A stretch of 64,000 nucleotides of DNA, from contig CAVRJT010000001.1 in NCBI GenBank assembly GCA_963722135.1, positions 127,709 to 191,708 on the forward strand. The letters are read 5' to 3'. Under the pieces are notes generated by a model, which worked only from the letters and a program-made list of their open reading frames with translations, was not told where the DNA came from and did not search any database. Source of the stretch: an uncultured Actinomycetota bacterium (GTDB lineage: Bacteria; Actinomycetota; Actinomycetes; Propionibacteriales; Nocardioidaceae). The position numbers were made by a program, and so were the translations under genes. Shown here one piece after another: positions 1 to 10,463 of the stretch (the first letter of the stretch is position 1; every line of letters starts with the position of its first letter).

Positions 1-1023
1 CTGGGCGTCGAGACCGCGCAGGTCCTGTGCGGCGGCAACTCGAGCCTCACGATGATGCACCAGGTGCTCACCTACCTGCTGCTGTGGGGCGGTCCCGGTT
101 CGGAGCGGGCCTGGAAGGACGAGCCGGTGGTCAAGTTCGTCTGCCCGGTGCCCGGCTACGACCGGCACTTCTCGATGCTCGCCGACCTCGGCATCGAGAT
201 GCTGACCGTGCCGATGAACGCCGACGGCCCCGACGTCGACGCCGTCGCCGCGCTGGTGGCGCGACGACCCGGCCGTCAAGGGCATGTGGCTGGTGCCGAC
301 GTACGCCAACCCGACCGGCTCGGTGGTCTCCCCCGAGGTCGCGCGGGCGCTGATGTCGATGCCGACCGCGGCGCCGGACTTCCGCATCTTCTGGGACAAC
401 GCCTACGCACTGCACCACCTCACCGACGACGAGGTCGCCAGCGCGGACGCGCTCGGCCTCGCTGCCGCGGCCGGCAACCCCGACCGCCCGGTCCTGTTCG
501 CCTCGACCTCGAAGATCACCTGGGCCGGGGCCGGCGTCGCGGTGATGGCTGCCTCGGAGGCCACCAAGGCGTGGTTCCTCAAGCACCTGTCGATGGCCTC
601 GATCGGCCCGGACAAGGTCAACCACCTGCGCCACGTCGAGCTGTTCGGCGACGCCGAGGGCGTGCGCGCGCACATGCGCAAGCACCGCGCCCTGATCGCC
701 CCGAAGTTCGCCGCCGTCGACGCGGCGCTCACCGCCGGGCTCGAGGGGCTCGAGATCGCCGAGTGGACCCGGCCGACCGGTGGCTACTTCGTCAACCTCG
801 ACGTCGCTCGACGACACCGCGTCACGCGTGGTGGCAGCTGGCCAAGGAGGCCGGGATCGCGCTGACGCCGGCCGGGGCGTCGTTCCCGCACGGGCAGGAC
901 CCCCGCGACCGCAACATCCGTCTGGCCCCGACCTTCCCGCCCCTGGACCAGGTGGAGACCGCGATGGCCGGCGTCGCCACCTGCGTGGCCCTCGCAGCGG
1001 CCGAGCACCTCACCGCCGGCTGA
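1..1023 (+). CDS. PLP-dependent class I/II aminotransferase (Rv3722c-like aspartate aminotransferase), 5' partial, frameshifted
   Basis: Motifs CPVPGYDRHF, WDNAY, FASTSKIT (PLP Lys), GGYF and NIRLAPT are spread over ORFs 52..1023 and 284..865; two indels. Confidence 0.85.
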   Translation: MGVETAQVLCGGNSSLTMMHQVLTYLLLWGGPGSERAWKDEPVVKFVCPVPGYDRHFSMLADLGIEMLTVPMNADGPDVDAVAALVARRPGRQGHVAGADVRQPDRLGGLPRGRAGADVDADRGAGLPHLLGQRLRTAPPHRRRGRQRGRARPRCRGRQPRPPGPVRLDLEDHLGRGRRRGDGCLGGHQGVVPQAPVDGLDRPGQGQPPAPRRAVRRRRGRARAHAQAPRPDRPEVRRRRRGAHRRARGARDRRVDPADRWLLRQPRRRSTTPRHAWWQLAKEAGIALTPAGASFPHGQDPRDRNIRLAPTFPPLDQVETAMAGVATCVALAAAEHLTAG

Positions 1024-1072
1024 GCGCCATCCGGGCAGCCCCGGAACCCCCGAGAACCCCCGACAACGCAGC

Positions 1073-1104
1073 CGGCCCGGCCCCTCCGAGGAGGGGCCGG
1101 GCCG
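1073..1104. terminator. Hairpin between convergent genes, probably a bidirectional terminator
   Basis: Perfect 14-bp stem CGGCCCGGCCCCTC/GAGGGGCCGGGCCG with a 4-nt loop. Confidence 0.75.
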
Positions 1105-1131
1105 TCGTCGTACTCGTGGTGGGGCTGGCGC

Positions 1132-1851
1132 TCAGGCCTGGCCCTCGTCCTCGGACGCGACGTTCTTGATGCGGTTCGGGTCGACCTGGACGCCGGGGCC
1201 CATGGTCGTCGAGACGGTGACCTTCTTGAGGTAGCGACCCTTGGAGCTGGCCGGCTTGAGCCGCAGCACCTCCTCGAGGGCAGCGGCGTAGTTCTCCGCG
1301 AGCTGGCTCTCGGCGAAGGACGCCTTGCCGATGATGAAGTGCAGGTTGGCGTGACGGTCGACGCGGAACTCGATCTTGCCGCCCTTGATGTCGGTCACGG
1401 CCTTGGCCACGTCCGGCGTCACGGTGCCGGTCTTCGGGTTCGGCATCAGGCCGCGGGGGCCCAGCACGCGACCGAGACGGCCGACCTTGCCCATCATGTC
1501 GGGCGTCGCCACGACGGCGTCGAAGTTCAGGTAGCCGCCGCTCACCTTCTCGATCAGCTCGTCGCCACCGACCTCGTCGGCGCCGGCCTCACGGGCGGCC
1601 TCGGCCTTGTCACCGTTCGCGAACACGAGGACGCGAGCGGTCTTGCCGGTGCCGTGGGGCAGGTTGACGGTGCCGCGCACCATCTGGTCGGCCTTGCGGG
1701 GGTCCACGCCGAGGCGCATGACGACGTCGACGGTCTCGTCGAACTTCTTCTTGCTGGTGGTCTTCGCGATCTTGATCGCGGCCAGCGGCGCGTGGAGCTC
1801 GTCCTTGTCGAACTGCTCGGCCGCCGCGCGGTAGGTCTTGCTGCGCTGCAT
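1132..1851 (-). CDS. rplA: 50S ribosomal protein L1
   Basis: [43 protein letters not shown]. Confidence 0.99.
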   Translation of the reverse strand: MQRSKTYRAAAEQFDKDELHAPLAAIKIAKTTSKKKFDETVDVVMRLGVDPRKADQMVRGTVNLPHGTGKTARVLVFANGDKAEAAREAGADEVGGDELIEKVSGGYLNFDAVVATPDMMGKVGRLGRVLGPRGLMPNPKTGTVTPDVAKAVTDIKGGKIEFRVDRHANLHFIIGKASFAESQLAENYAAALEEVLRLKPASSKGRYLKKVTVSTTMGPGVQVDPNRIKNVASEDEGQA

Positions 1852-1879
1852 GTCTGGTCTCTCTCTTCTTGGTCCAGGT

Positions 1880-1910
1880 GTGGTCAGGTGGGCCAGCGCG
1901 GCCCTGCCAC
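1880..1910 (-). promoter_or_regulatory. Putative L1-binding autoregulatory RNA structure upstream of rplA
   Basis: Minus strand GUGG-CAG-GGCC-gcgcu-GGCC-caccUGA-CCAC forms a helix, an asymmetric internal loop and a second helix just before the rplA RBS. Confidence 0.6.
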
Positions 1911-1972
1911 AGGTGCGGTACGCCGACTCGCGCCCGGCGCGTCGACGTGCTCTGCCGACTCGGGTGGGTCGA

Positions 1973-2404
1973 TCAGTCGGTGGTGACGCCCATGGAGCGG
2001 GCGGTGCCCTCGACGATCTTCATCGCGGCTTCGATGTTGTTCGCGTTGAGGTCGGGGAGCTTGGTCTCGGCGATCTCGCGCACCTGGTCCTTGGTCAGCT
2101 TGCCGACCTTGTCGGTGTGCGGGACGCCCGAGCCCTTCTGCAGCCCGGCGGCCTTCTTGATGAGCTCGGCGGCCGGCGGGGTCTTCGTGACGAAGGTGAA
2201 GGACCGGTCCTCGTAGATGGTGATCTCGACGGGGATCACGTTGCCACGCATGGACTCGGTCTGCGCGTTGTAGGCCTTGCAGAAGTCCATGATGTTGACG
2301 CCGTGGGGGCCGAGGGCCGTACCGACCGGCGGGGCGGGCGTCGCGGCGCCGGCCTGCAGCTGCACCTTGACCAGTGCGGCGATCTTCTTCTTCTTGGGAG
2401 GCAT
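1973..2404 (-). CDS. rplK: 50S ribosomal protein L11
   Basis: [37 protein letters not shown]. Confidence 0.99.
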   Translation of the reverse strand: MPPKKKKIAALVKVQLQAGAATPAPPVGTALGPHGVNIMDFCKAYNAQTESMRGNVIPVEITIYEDRSFTFVTKTPPAAELIKKAAGLQKGSGVPHTDKVGKLTKDQVREIAETKLPDLNANNIEAAMKIVEGTARSMGVTTD

Positions 2405-2427
2405 GAAGCTGGTTCTCTTTCTCTCTC

Positions 2428-2464
2428 GTGGTCATGACGAGGACGACCTGTCGTCCTCTGCCAC
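2428..2464 (-). promoter_or_regulatory. Second putative L1-binding RNA structure upstream of rplK
   Basis: GUGG-CA-GAGGACGAC-ag-GUCGUCCUC-gucaUGA-CCAC has the same GUGGCAG...UGACCAC frame as the rplA leader. Confidence 0.5.
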
Positions 2465-2543
2465 CTGCGTGTTGCTGATGCGTCCCCATTGTGGGACGCG
2501 GGCGCCCCGGGCGCCCAATCGGGTGGGCGCCGGGGCGGGAGCC

Positions 2544-3374
2544 TCAGACCCGCTGGATCTGGCTGAAGCTGAGCTCGACCGGCGTCTCGCGGCCGAAGAT
2601 CTCGACGAGCGCCTTGACCCGCTGGGCCTCGGCGTTGATCTCCGTGATCGTGGCGTGCAACGTGGCGAACGGACCGTCGACGACCATGACCGAGTCGGAG
2701 ACCGAGAAGTCGGCGACCTCGACGGGCTTCTTCGCGGTGGTCGACGACCCGGGCGTCGCGGTGCCGGCGGCGACGGCCTCGGCCTCGGCGCGGGCCACGA
2801 CGGCGGGGGCCAGCATGTCCTCGACCTCACGCATGGTGAGCGGGACGGGCTGGTGGGAGTTGCCCACGAAGCCGGTCACGGACGGCGTGTGCCGCACCGC
2901 GGACCAGGACTCGTCGGTGAGGTCCATGCGGACCAGGACGTACCCGGGCAGAACGGTGCGCTTGACCATCTTGCGCTGGCCGTTCTTGATCTCCGCGACC
3001 TCCTCGGTGGGGACCACGATCTCGTGGATGTAGTCCTCCATGTTCAAGGAGATGATGCGGTTCTCCAGGTTCGACTTCACCCGGTTCTCCATGCCGGAGT
3101 AGGTGTGCACGACGAACCAGTCACCCGGCTTGGCCCAGAGCTCGCGGCGGAACACCTCGAGCGGGTCGTCGGGGTCGACGTCGGCCTCGTCGTCGGAGGC
3201 GTCCTCGGCCTCCGAGGCCTCCGCGTCCTGGTGCGCCTGCACGGCGCTGTCGTCGACAGCACCGTCGACGGCCTCGTCGGCCTCGGGGTGCGCCAACGGC
3301 TCCACGGTGTCGACCTCGGGGGTCGCCGACGTCTCCGTCTCCTCGGTCTCGACCGAGTCGTACTGCTCCGTCAC
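2544..3374 (-). CDS. nusG: Transcription termination/antitermination factor NusG with acidic N-terminal extension
   Basis: [26 protein letters not shown] motif [19 protein letters not shown]; GTG start with GGAG upstream. Confidence 0.98.
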   Translation of the reverse strand: MTEQYDSVETEETETSATPEVDTVEPLAHPEADEAVDGAVDDSAVQAHQDAEASEAEDASDDEADVDPDDPLEVFRRELWAKPGDWFVVHTYSGMENRVKSNLENRIISLNMEDYIHEIVVPTEEVAEIKNGQRKMVKRTVLPGYVLVRMDLTDESWSAVRHTPSVTGFVGNSHQPVPLTMREVEDMLAPAVVARAEAEAVAAGTATPGSSTTAKKPVEVADFSVSDSVMVVDGPFATLHATITEINAEAQRVKALVEIFGRETPVELSFSQIQRV

Positions 3375-3472
3375 GCGCTGCTCCATCACGTTGCTGTGCA
3401 AGTTGCCTGCGTCCGGCGTGCGCCGGTCGCGGGGGGCCGTCGCCGCGGCGGGTCCACCCGTCGCGGCTGCGG

Positions 3473-3712
3473 TCACTGGTCGGTCTGGCCGGTGAACACG
3501 AAGAACGCCAGCCGGCCCAGACCGAGGTCGAGGGCCGAGATGATCGCCATCATCACCAGGACGAAGACCATCACCACGATGAAGTAGGTGACCAGCTGCT
3601 CCTGGGTGGGCCAGACGACCTTGCGGAGCTCGGCGACCACCTGTCGGTAGAACGTCACCGGGTTCGTGCGCTCGGCCTTCTTGCCGTCGCGGACCGCTTC
3701 GCTGTCCGACAC
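3473..3712 (-). CDS. secE: Preprotein translocase subunit SecE
   Basis: ELRKVVWPT motif plus one TM helix; lies between tRNA-Trp and nusG. Confidence 0.97.
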   Translation of the reverse strand: MSDSEAVRDGKKAERTNPVTFYRQVVAELRKVVWPTQEQLVTYFIVVMVFVLVMMAIISALDLGLGRLAFFVFTGQTDQ

Positions 3713-3764
3713 GCCGTCACCATTCCTTCGCTCGTCCGTCCGGCCTCACCGACCAGATGTCCTG

Positions 3765-3837
3765 CAGGGCACGAGGGACTTGAACCCCCAACCTTCGGTT
3801 TTGGAGACCGATGCTCTGCCAGTTGAGCTAGTGCCCT
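3765..3837 (-). tRNA. tRNA-Trp (CCA)
   Basis: AGGGCACTAGCTCAACTGGCAGAGCATCGGTCTCCAAAACCGAAGGTTGGGGGTTCAAGTCCCTCGTGCCCTG folds as a cloverleaf. Confidence 0.97.
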
Positions 3838-3967
3838 CCGGTGGCACCCGGGCACGCCGCAGCATGTGGGCAAACCACCAGTCGAGGAGTCTACGGGGAA
3901 GGGCACGGCCTCGTCCAAACCGGTACGTCCTAGGGTGAGCGCATGTCCCCTCGGCAGGTTCAGCAGC

Positions 3968-5014
3968 GTGCGTGATCTGCACGGGCTGCCCAAGGCCCAC
4001 CTCCACCTCCACTTCACCGGCTCGATGCGGCACGAGACGCTGCTCGAGCTCGCCGAGCGGGACCACATCGTGCTGCCCGGACTCGCTGGTCCAGGACTGG
4101 CCGCCCGAGCTGAGCGCCGCCGACGAGAAGGGCTGGTTCCGCTTCCAGCGCCTCTACGACGTGGCCCGCTCGGTGCTGCGCACCGAGGACGACGTTCGCC
4201 GCCTGGTGCGCGAGGCGGCGGAGGACGACGTCGCGCGACGGCAGCCGCTGGCTGGAGATCCAGGTCGACCCCAGCGGGTACGCCGCCCGGTTCGGCGGGG
4301 CGACCGCGTTCACCGACCTGGTGCTCGACGCCGCGGCCGAGAGCTCGCGCGAGACGGGGCTGGGCATCGGGGTGCTGATCGCGGCCAACCGCACCCGCCA
4401 CCCGCTCGACGCCCGCACGCTGGCTCGCCTGGCGGCGCAGTACGCGGGCCGGGGGGTCGTCGGCTTCGGGCTCTCCAACGACGAGCGCCGCGGCAACACC
4501 ACCGACTTCGCGCGCCGCCTTCCGCATCGCCTCGCGTGCCGGGCTGCTGCTGGCCCCGCACGGCGGCGAGCTGCGCGGTGCGGAGCATGCCCGCCTGTGC
4601 CTCGACGAGCTGGGCGCCGACCGGCTCGGGCACGGGGTGCGCGTCGTGGAGGACCCGGCGCTGCTCGAGCGGGTGGCCGCCGACGGCGTGACCCTGGAGG
4701 TCTGCCCGGTCTCCAACGTGGCGCTGGGGGTCTACTCCGACCTCACCTCGGTGCCGCTGCCCACGCTGCTGGAGGCGGGGGCACAGGTGGCGCTCGGCGC
4801 CGACGACCCGCTGCTCTTCGGGTCGAGCCTGGCGGGTCAGTACGCCACGATGCGCGCGGCGCACGACCTCGACGACGCGGCCCTGGCCGAGCTGGCGCGG
4901 ATGTCGCTGCGGGGCTCGCGGGCGCCCTCCGACGTGCTGGCGCGTGCGCTGGCCGACATCGACGCCTGGCTGGCGGCCCCGGCCCGCCGGGCGGTGAGAG
5001 GATGCACGGCGTGA
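3968..5014 (+). CDS. add: Adenosine deaminase family protein (frameshifted)
   Basis: LPKAHLHLHFTGS, PHGGE, RLGHG, LEVCPVSN, GADDP across three frames. Confidence 0.85.
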
Positions 5015-5472
5015 CTGATCGGGACCCGGACGACACGACGCCCCCCACCCACCAGCCGCTACGGGCACGACCCGTACAACACGCCCCCGCCGCCGCCGTA
5101 CGGCCAGGACCCGTACGCCGCGCAGCAGCAGCCGGCCCAGTACCCGCAGCCCGGCCAGGGCTACCCGGCCCCGGTGTACGTGCCGCCGAACCACCCCTCC
5201 GCCAACACCGCACTGGTGCTGGGCATCGTGCCGCTGGCCGGCGGCCTGCTCTGCGGGCTGCCGCTGCTGGCCGGGCCCGTTCGCCTGGTACACCGGCCGC
5301 AAGGTCAAGCACGAGATCGACGCGCACCCGCAGCAGTACGGCGGCGCGCAGCGAGGCCGGCGCCGGCATGGTGCTGGGCATCGTCGCCGACGGTGCTGCT
5401 GGCCCTGGGTGTGCTGGATGATGGTGGCGGTGCTGGCCATCGTGGTCGTCGGCGCCGGCGACCTCGACCTGA
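5011..5472 (+). CDS. Pro/Tyr-rich membrane protein, DUF4190-like (frameshifted)
   Basis: PPYGQDPY N-terminus, ANTALVLGIV, EID..PQQYGG..AGMVLGI; GTGA overlap with add; end approximate. Confidence 0.65.
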
Positions 5473-6550
5473 TCAGTCTCGTCGAGGTCGCAGCCCACGA
5501 GCACCGGCTCGTTGACCAGGCGGACACCGAAGCTGCTGCTCGCACCCCGTCGCGCACGTGGCGGGCCAGCACCAGCAGGTCGGCGGTGCGTGGCGTCGCC
5601 GCGGTTGGTCAGCGCCAGGGTGTGCTTGGTCGAGAGCCGGGCTCGACCGGTGCCGACGTCGGCGCCGTAGCCGCGGGTGAAGCCGGCGTGCTCGATGAGC
5701 CACGCGGCGCTGGTCTTGACCCGGCCGTCGGGCTGCTCCCAGGCCGGCGCGCCCTCGGGCAGCACGTCCGGCGTCGAGGACGGGGTTGGTGAAGAACGAC
5801 CCGGCGCTCCAGGTGTCGTGGTCGTCGGCGTCGAGGACCATGCCCTTGCCGGCGCGCAGCGCCGAGCACCGCGTCGCGGACCTCGCCCAGCGGGGCCCGT
5901 CCGCCCGCCTCGACCCCGAGCGCGCGGGCCAGCTCGCCGTAGCGCACGGGCGCGCCCAGCGTGCCGATCGCGAGCTGGAAGGTCACCGAGAGCACGACGT
6001 GGCGACCCGGCTCGGCCTTGAAGCGGGAGTGGCGGTAGGCGAAGTCGCAGTCGGCGTTGGCCAGGGTGCGGACCCGCCGGTCGCGGCGGTCCCAGGTGCG
6101 CACCGAGGCGATGGTCTGCGCGACCTCCTGGCCGTAGGCCCCGACGTTCTGCACCGGGGTGGCGCCCACGCAGCCGGGGATGCCCGAGAGCGCCTCGACG
6201 CCCGACCCAGCCGCGCTCGACGGCGGTGGCGACGAAGGCGTCCCAGTCCTCCCCCGCGGCGACCGTGACGAGGACCCCGCCGCAGGCGGGGTCGTCGTCG
6301 GCCCCGGCGCTCGACGTCGGGGGCGACGCCCCGGGTGGCGACCTCGACGACCGTGCCGTCGAAGCCCTCGTCGGCGACGACGAGGTTGCTGCCGCCGCCC
6401 AGCAGCAGCACCGGCTCGCCGGCCCGCGTCGGCCGCGGCGACGGTCTCGACGAGCTCGGTCTCGGTCGCGGCCCGCACCCAGCGGGACGGCGGACCGCCG
6501 AGACGCAGCGTGGTCCGCTCGGCCAGGCGGGGGCGCCCGGGCTCACCCAT
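5473..6550 (-). CDS. murB: UDP-N-acetylmuramate dehydrogenase (frameshifted)
   Basis: [57 protein letters not shown]. Confidence 0.92.
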
Positions 6551-6954
6551 CGACGACGACCACGGCGCGGGGCATGCCCAGCACCTTCTGCTCGCCCGCA
6601 GCGGACCTCGAGGGCGAGGGTGGCCCGACCGTCCTCGACGCTCTTGACGGTGCCGGCCACGACCACGACCACGCCCGGTGTCGTCGTCGGGGACGACGAC
6701 GGGCTGGGTGAACTTGCAGCCGAGCTCGAGCACGGTCGCGTCGTCGGTCCAGGTCGCGACCGCCCGCGCGGCGAGCGCCATCGTGTACATGCCGTGCGCG
6801 ATGACGCCCGGGCAGCCCGACGTGGGTGGCGACGCGCTCGGACCAGTGGATCGGGTTGAAGTCGCCGCTGGCGCCGGCGTAGCGCACGAGGTCGGCGCGG
6901 GTGACGGCGTACTCCTGCGGCAGGCAGGACGGCGCCGGGCTCGAGGCGCGTCAT
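6543..6954 (-). CDS. MaoC-like (HadB-type) dehydratase (frameshifted)
   Basis: Hydratase motif YAGASGDFNPIHW and PGVIAHGMYT. Confidence 0.85.
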
Positions 6955-7352
6955 GCCTGCTCCCCCCGGTGCACCAGCGTCGCGCTGGCGGTGCAGACCA
7001 GGGCACCGCGCTCGTCGTGGACCTCGCTGCGGGTGCCGATCATGTCGTTGCCGCCGATCTGGCGCAGGCTCGCGACGCTCAGGGTCGCGGTGAGCACGTC
7101 GCCCGGCACCACCGGGCGCTCGTAGGCGAAGCGCTGCTCGCCGTGCACCACCCGGCGCAGCTCGACCTGCTCGGCCTCGAGGAAGGCGTTCATGGCCTCG
7201 AAGGCCAGCACGATCGGGAAGGTCGCCGGGGCGGGGCCACCCTCCCAGGACGCACCCGTGGCGGCCGCGAAGGTGCGCAGCCGCTCCTCGGTGACCGGAT
7301 ACGGTCGCGTGCGTGGGAAAGACCGACCGACGATCGAGGGGTCCACAGCCAT
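6951..7352 (-). CDS. MaoC N-terminal / HadA-like hotdog-fold dehydratase subunit
   Basis: APATFPIV, VVHGEQRFAYERPVVPGD; sits in the rpmG-had-murB context. Confidence 0.85.
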   Translation of the reverse strand: MAVDPSIVGRSFPRTRPYPVTEERLRTFAAATGASWEGGPAPATFPIVLAFEAMNAFLEAEQVELRRVVHGEQRFAYERPVVPGDVLTATLSVASLRQIGGNDMIGTRSEVHDERGALVCTASATLVHRGEQA

Positions 7353-7408
7353 GCCCCCAACCTAGTCCCCGACCGGGAGGCCCCGGGCGGGGGCGTCCTG
7401 CCCGGTCG

Positions 7409-8449
7409 GTGACGGTCGCGGTCCTGGCACTGGCTCTCGCGGCACTCGCGGCCTGCACCGCCGACGGCCGGGGCGCCGGGGAGGGCGCACCCGACCAGAG
7501 CGACTCCGTGGCCACCCGCCCCACCCCCGGGCTCAGCCGGTGCGACCCGCTGCGCACCCGCGACGTGGGGGGCCGGGCGCCCGACTACCTCGCCGACACC
7601 CTCGGCACCCGACTGACCCCGCTGGCGATCAGCACGGCGGTCTGCGACGGCCGGTGGCTGCCCCGCATGCAGTCGGGGTTCATCCCCCAGGGGGTCGCGG
7701 TCTCCGGCGACACCGCGTGGGTCTCCGGCTACGACCCCGGCCCCGTCGCCCGCCGTTTCTGCCGCCTGCTCAAGGTCGACCTCGTCTCCGGCGAGCTGCT
7801 CGACCAGCAGGAGCCCGTCGCCGGTGCGGTCGGGACGGGCCCCGTCGTGGAGTGCCGCCACGGTGGCGGGGTGCTGCTCGACGAGCACGGCCTGTGGCTC
7901 GCCGAGAGCCCCCGCCTGTGGCTGCTCGACCCCGAGTCGCTGGCCGTGCGGCGGGTGTGGCGCCTCGACGACCCGGTCCAGGGCTCGTTCAGCGTGCTCG
8001 ACAGCCGCGGCCGGCTGGGCCTGGGGCGGTTCCGCAGCCCGGGCGGCAACCCGGGTCAGCCCGGTCGCCCGGCCCTGGACTGGTTCGACCTCGACGACGT
8101 GCTCGCCCCGGGCACGCTGGTGCTCGACACCGACCTGGCCGTCGGATCCCGCTCGATCCCCCGCCTGGCCCAGGGCGGGATGTGGGCGCGGATCGACGGT
8201 CGCACCGGGCTGTGGATCGCCTCGTCGGTCACCCGCTGCGGGGTGCTCACCGGCCCCGGCGGCGTACGCCGTGCGTTCCTGCCGGGCGCCGAGGGCCTGG
8301 CCCCGGTCGGGGACGGCACGGTGTGGGCGGTCAGCGAGTCGACCGGGCGACGCTTCGCGGAGGAGGGCGGTCGGCCGGTGGTGGCCCCGCTGACCCTGGT
8401 CGACACGCGGCGCTTCGACCGCTGGCCCGAGCCGACCTGCGAACCCTGA
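7409..8449 (+). CDS. Putative secreted lipoprotein, possibly a beta-propeller
   Basis: Hydrophobic signal ending LAALAAC (lipobox); motifs FIPQGV, HGGG, AQG, GAEGL; start uncertain. Confidence 0.6.
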   Translation: MTVAVLALALAALAACTADGRGAGEGAPDQSDSVATRPTPGLSRCDPLRTRDVGGRAPDYLADTLGTRLTPLAISTAVCDGRWLPRMQSGFIPQGVAVSGDTAWVSGYDPGPVARRFCRLLKVDLVSGELLDQQEPVAGAVGTGPVVECRHGGGVLLDEHGLWLAESPRLWLLDPESLAVRRVWRLDDPVQGSFSVLDSRGRLGLGRFRSPGGNPGQPGRPALDWFDLDDVLAPGTLVLDTDLAVGSRSIPRLAQGGMWARIDGRTGLWIASSVTRCGVLTGPGGVRRAFLPGAEGLAPVGDGTVWAVSESTGRRFAEEGGRPVVAPLTLVDTRRFDRWPEPTCEP

Positions 8450-8478
8450 GGTCCCCCTGCCGGGGGTCCGCAAATGAC

Positions 8479-8511
8479 CACGACCCGCCCGAGTAGCTCG
8501 GGCGGGTCGTG
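8479..8511. terminator. Hairpin between the lipoprotein gene and rpmG
   Basis: 15-bp perfect stem CACGACCCGCCCGAG/CTCGGGCGGGTCGTG. Confidence 0.75.
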
Positions 8512-8524
8512 AACAGACCTGGTG

Positions 8525-8695
8525 TCAGCGGGTCTCGCGGTGCGTCGTGTGCTGACGGCACCGGGGGCAGAACTTCGACAGGTCCATGCGGTCGGGGTCG
8601 TTGCGTCGGTTCTTCTTGGTGATGTAGTTGCGCTCCTTGCACTCCACGCAGGCGAGAGTGATCTTGGGGCGAACGTCGGAGCTCTTGGAGGCCAC
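8525..8695 (-). CDS. rpmG: 50S ribosomal protein L33 (Zn-binding C+ form)
   Basis: [36 protein letters not shown]; GTG start. Confidence 0.98.
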   Translation of the reverse strand: MASKSSDVRPKITLACVECKERNYITKKNRRNDPDRMDLSKFCPRCRQHTTHRETR

Positions 8696-8746
8696 GGGGA
8701 AGTCCTTGCGTCGGTCGGGCTGCTGGGTTTCGCGCGTCAGGTGCAG

Positions 8747-8820
8747 TAGCGGGAGCGGGACTCGAACCCGCGACACCACGATTATGAGTCGTGTGCTCTA
8801 ACCACCTGAGCTACCCCGCC
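8747..8820 (-). tRNA. tRNA-Met (CAT), elongator type
   Basis: GGCGGGGTAGCTCAGGTGGTTAGAGCACACGACTCATAATCGTGGTGTCGCGGGTTCGAGTCCCGCTCCCGCTA; lacks initiator hallmarks. Confidence 0.93.
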
Positions 8821-8872
8821 ACGGGGCCGGGTCCGCCCGCCAGAGTAGTCCAGCGGGCCAACCCTCTCCCAG

Positions 8873-8945
8873 AGCCCCTTTACGGAATCGAACCGTAGAC
8901 CTTCTCCTTACCATGGAGACGCTCTGCCGACTGAGCTAAAGGGGC
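8873..8945 (-). tRNA. tRNA-Thr (GGT)
   Basis: GCCCCTTTAGCTCAGTCGGCAGAGCGTCTCCATGGTAAGGAGAAGGTCTACGGTTCGATTCCGTAAAGGGGCT. Confidence 0.97.
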
Positions 8946-8956
8946 AACGCGGAAGA

Positions 8957-8985
8957 AGATTACACACCCTCCCCGAGGACGGCAA
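8957..8985 (-). promoter_or_regulatory. Sigma-70-type promoter of the tRNA-Thr/Met/rpmG unit
   Basis: TTGCCG-17 bp-TAATCT with an extended -10 TG. Confidence 0.7.
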
Positions 8986-9006
8986 ATCGAGGGTGGGCCG
9001 CCGTCG

Positions 9007-10417
9007 TCAAACCGCGGTTGACCTGCACAGATGCGTGAACGGGCGGGCCAGCTCCAGCTCGTGCGAGAGCTCGAGGAGGAGCGCCTCGCGACCTCTCGCG
9101 GCACTCAGCATCATGCCCAGCGGGAGCCTGTCGGCGGTGCTCGCCAGCGGCAGCGAGACGGCCGGGTCGCCGGTGGCGTTCTGCCAGGGCGTGAACGCCA
9201 CCCAGTCCAGCAGCCGCTCGAGCACCTGCTCGTAGCCGAGCCCGGGGTCGAGGTGGCCCACCACCGGGGTCGCGGTCGCCAGCGTGGGGCACAGCAGCAC
9301 GTCGTGACGCTCGTGGAAGCGCGCGGAGGCCGCGCTGGTCCGGCGCAGCCGGGCCACCGCACCCGGCAGCCGCACCAGGTGTCGTCGTGCGTGCGCGGAC
9401 AGGCCGTGGGTGAGCTCGTCGAGCTGGTCGCGGTCGAAGGTGCGCCCGTGCTGGCGCCGCCCCCCTGCGACCGTGGCGGCGGCCAGCGAGGCCCAGTAGA
9501 GCAGGAAGTCGTCGGCGAACGACTCCGGCGCCGGCGCGGGGACCTCCTCGACGTGGTGGCCCAGCTCCTCGAGCAGCGCCGCGGTGCGCAGGGTCGCCGC
9601 GGCCACCTCCGGGGCGGCGACCCGGCCGGCGCCGGCGGTGGTGACGCCGATGCGCAGGCGCTGCCGTCCCGGCCGGGTGATGTCGCCCACCGGCGGCAGC
9701 GACAGGTCGCGGTAGACCTTCTCGGCCTCGCGCAGGAAGGCCGCGGTGTCGCGGACCGAGCGGGTCAGCACCCCGTCGCTGACCAGGCGCACCGGCATCC
9801 GGCGCATCAGCACGTCCTGGGCCAGGCGTCCGCGGGTGGGCTTGAGGCCGACCAGCCCGGTGGCGCTCGCCGGGATCCGGATCGAGCCGCCCCCGTCGTT
9901 GGCGTGGGCGATCGGCACGGCCCCGGCGGCCACCAGGGCCGCCGACCCCGCCGAGGAGGCGCCGGCCGTGCGGGCGGGGTCCCACGGGTTGCGCACCGGG
10001 CCGAGGCGCGGGTGCTCCGCGGCGGCGCTGAAGCCGAGCTCGGAGAGCCGCGTCTTGCCCAGGGCCACGAGCCCCGTCGCCAGGTACATCCGGGCCAGGT
10101 CGCCGTCGCGGCGGGCGGGGCGGCCCACGAAGGCGTCGGTGCCGTGCAGCGTGGGCATCCCGGCGACGTCGACGTTGTCCTTGACGAAGGTCGGCACCCC
10201 GGAGAAGAAGCCGCCGCGCGGGCTGCGGCGCCTCCACCCGGGCGCGGTCCCAGGCCCGCCAGGCCACCGCGCCGAGGTCGGCGTCGACGCGCTCGGTGCG
10301 GGCGATGGCCGCGTCGACCACCTCGGGCACGCTGACCCGGCCGGCGGCGATCGCCGCCGCCAGGCCCACCGCGTCGAGGTGGCCCAGGGCGTCGTCGGAG
10401 AAGGCGTGCACGCTCAT
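9007..10417 (-). CDS. Amidase-signature family protein (frameshifted near the 5' end)
   Basis: VKDN, GASSAGSAA, ANDGGGSIRIPAS, GLKPTRGR. Confidence 0.9.
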
Positions 10418-10463
10418 GCGCACGAACCTAGCGCCGGACGGGCGCGCGGGTGGTCGCTCCGGC

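Noticed and set aside
1042-1066. Short 10-bp direct repeat GAACCCCCGA near the rplA terminator, and PQPG codon repeats at the GNAT 5' end (about 51165-51205)
   Set aside because: Both are too short or low-complexity and consistent with local slippage.
8747-8820. tRNA-CAT as initiator Met or Ile2
   Set aside because: It lacks the C1:A72 mismatch and the three G:C anticodon-stem pairs of initiators. Sequence and Thr-Met-rpmG context fit elongator Met.
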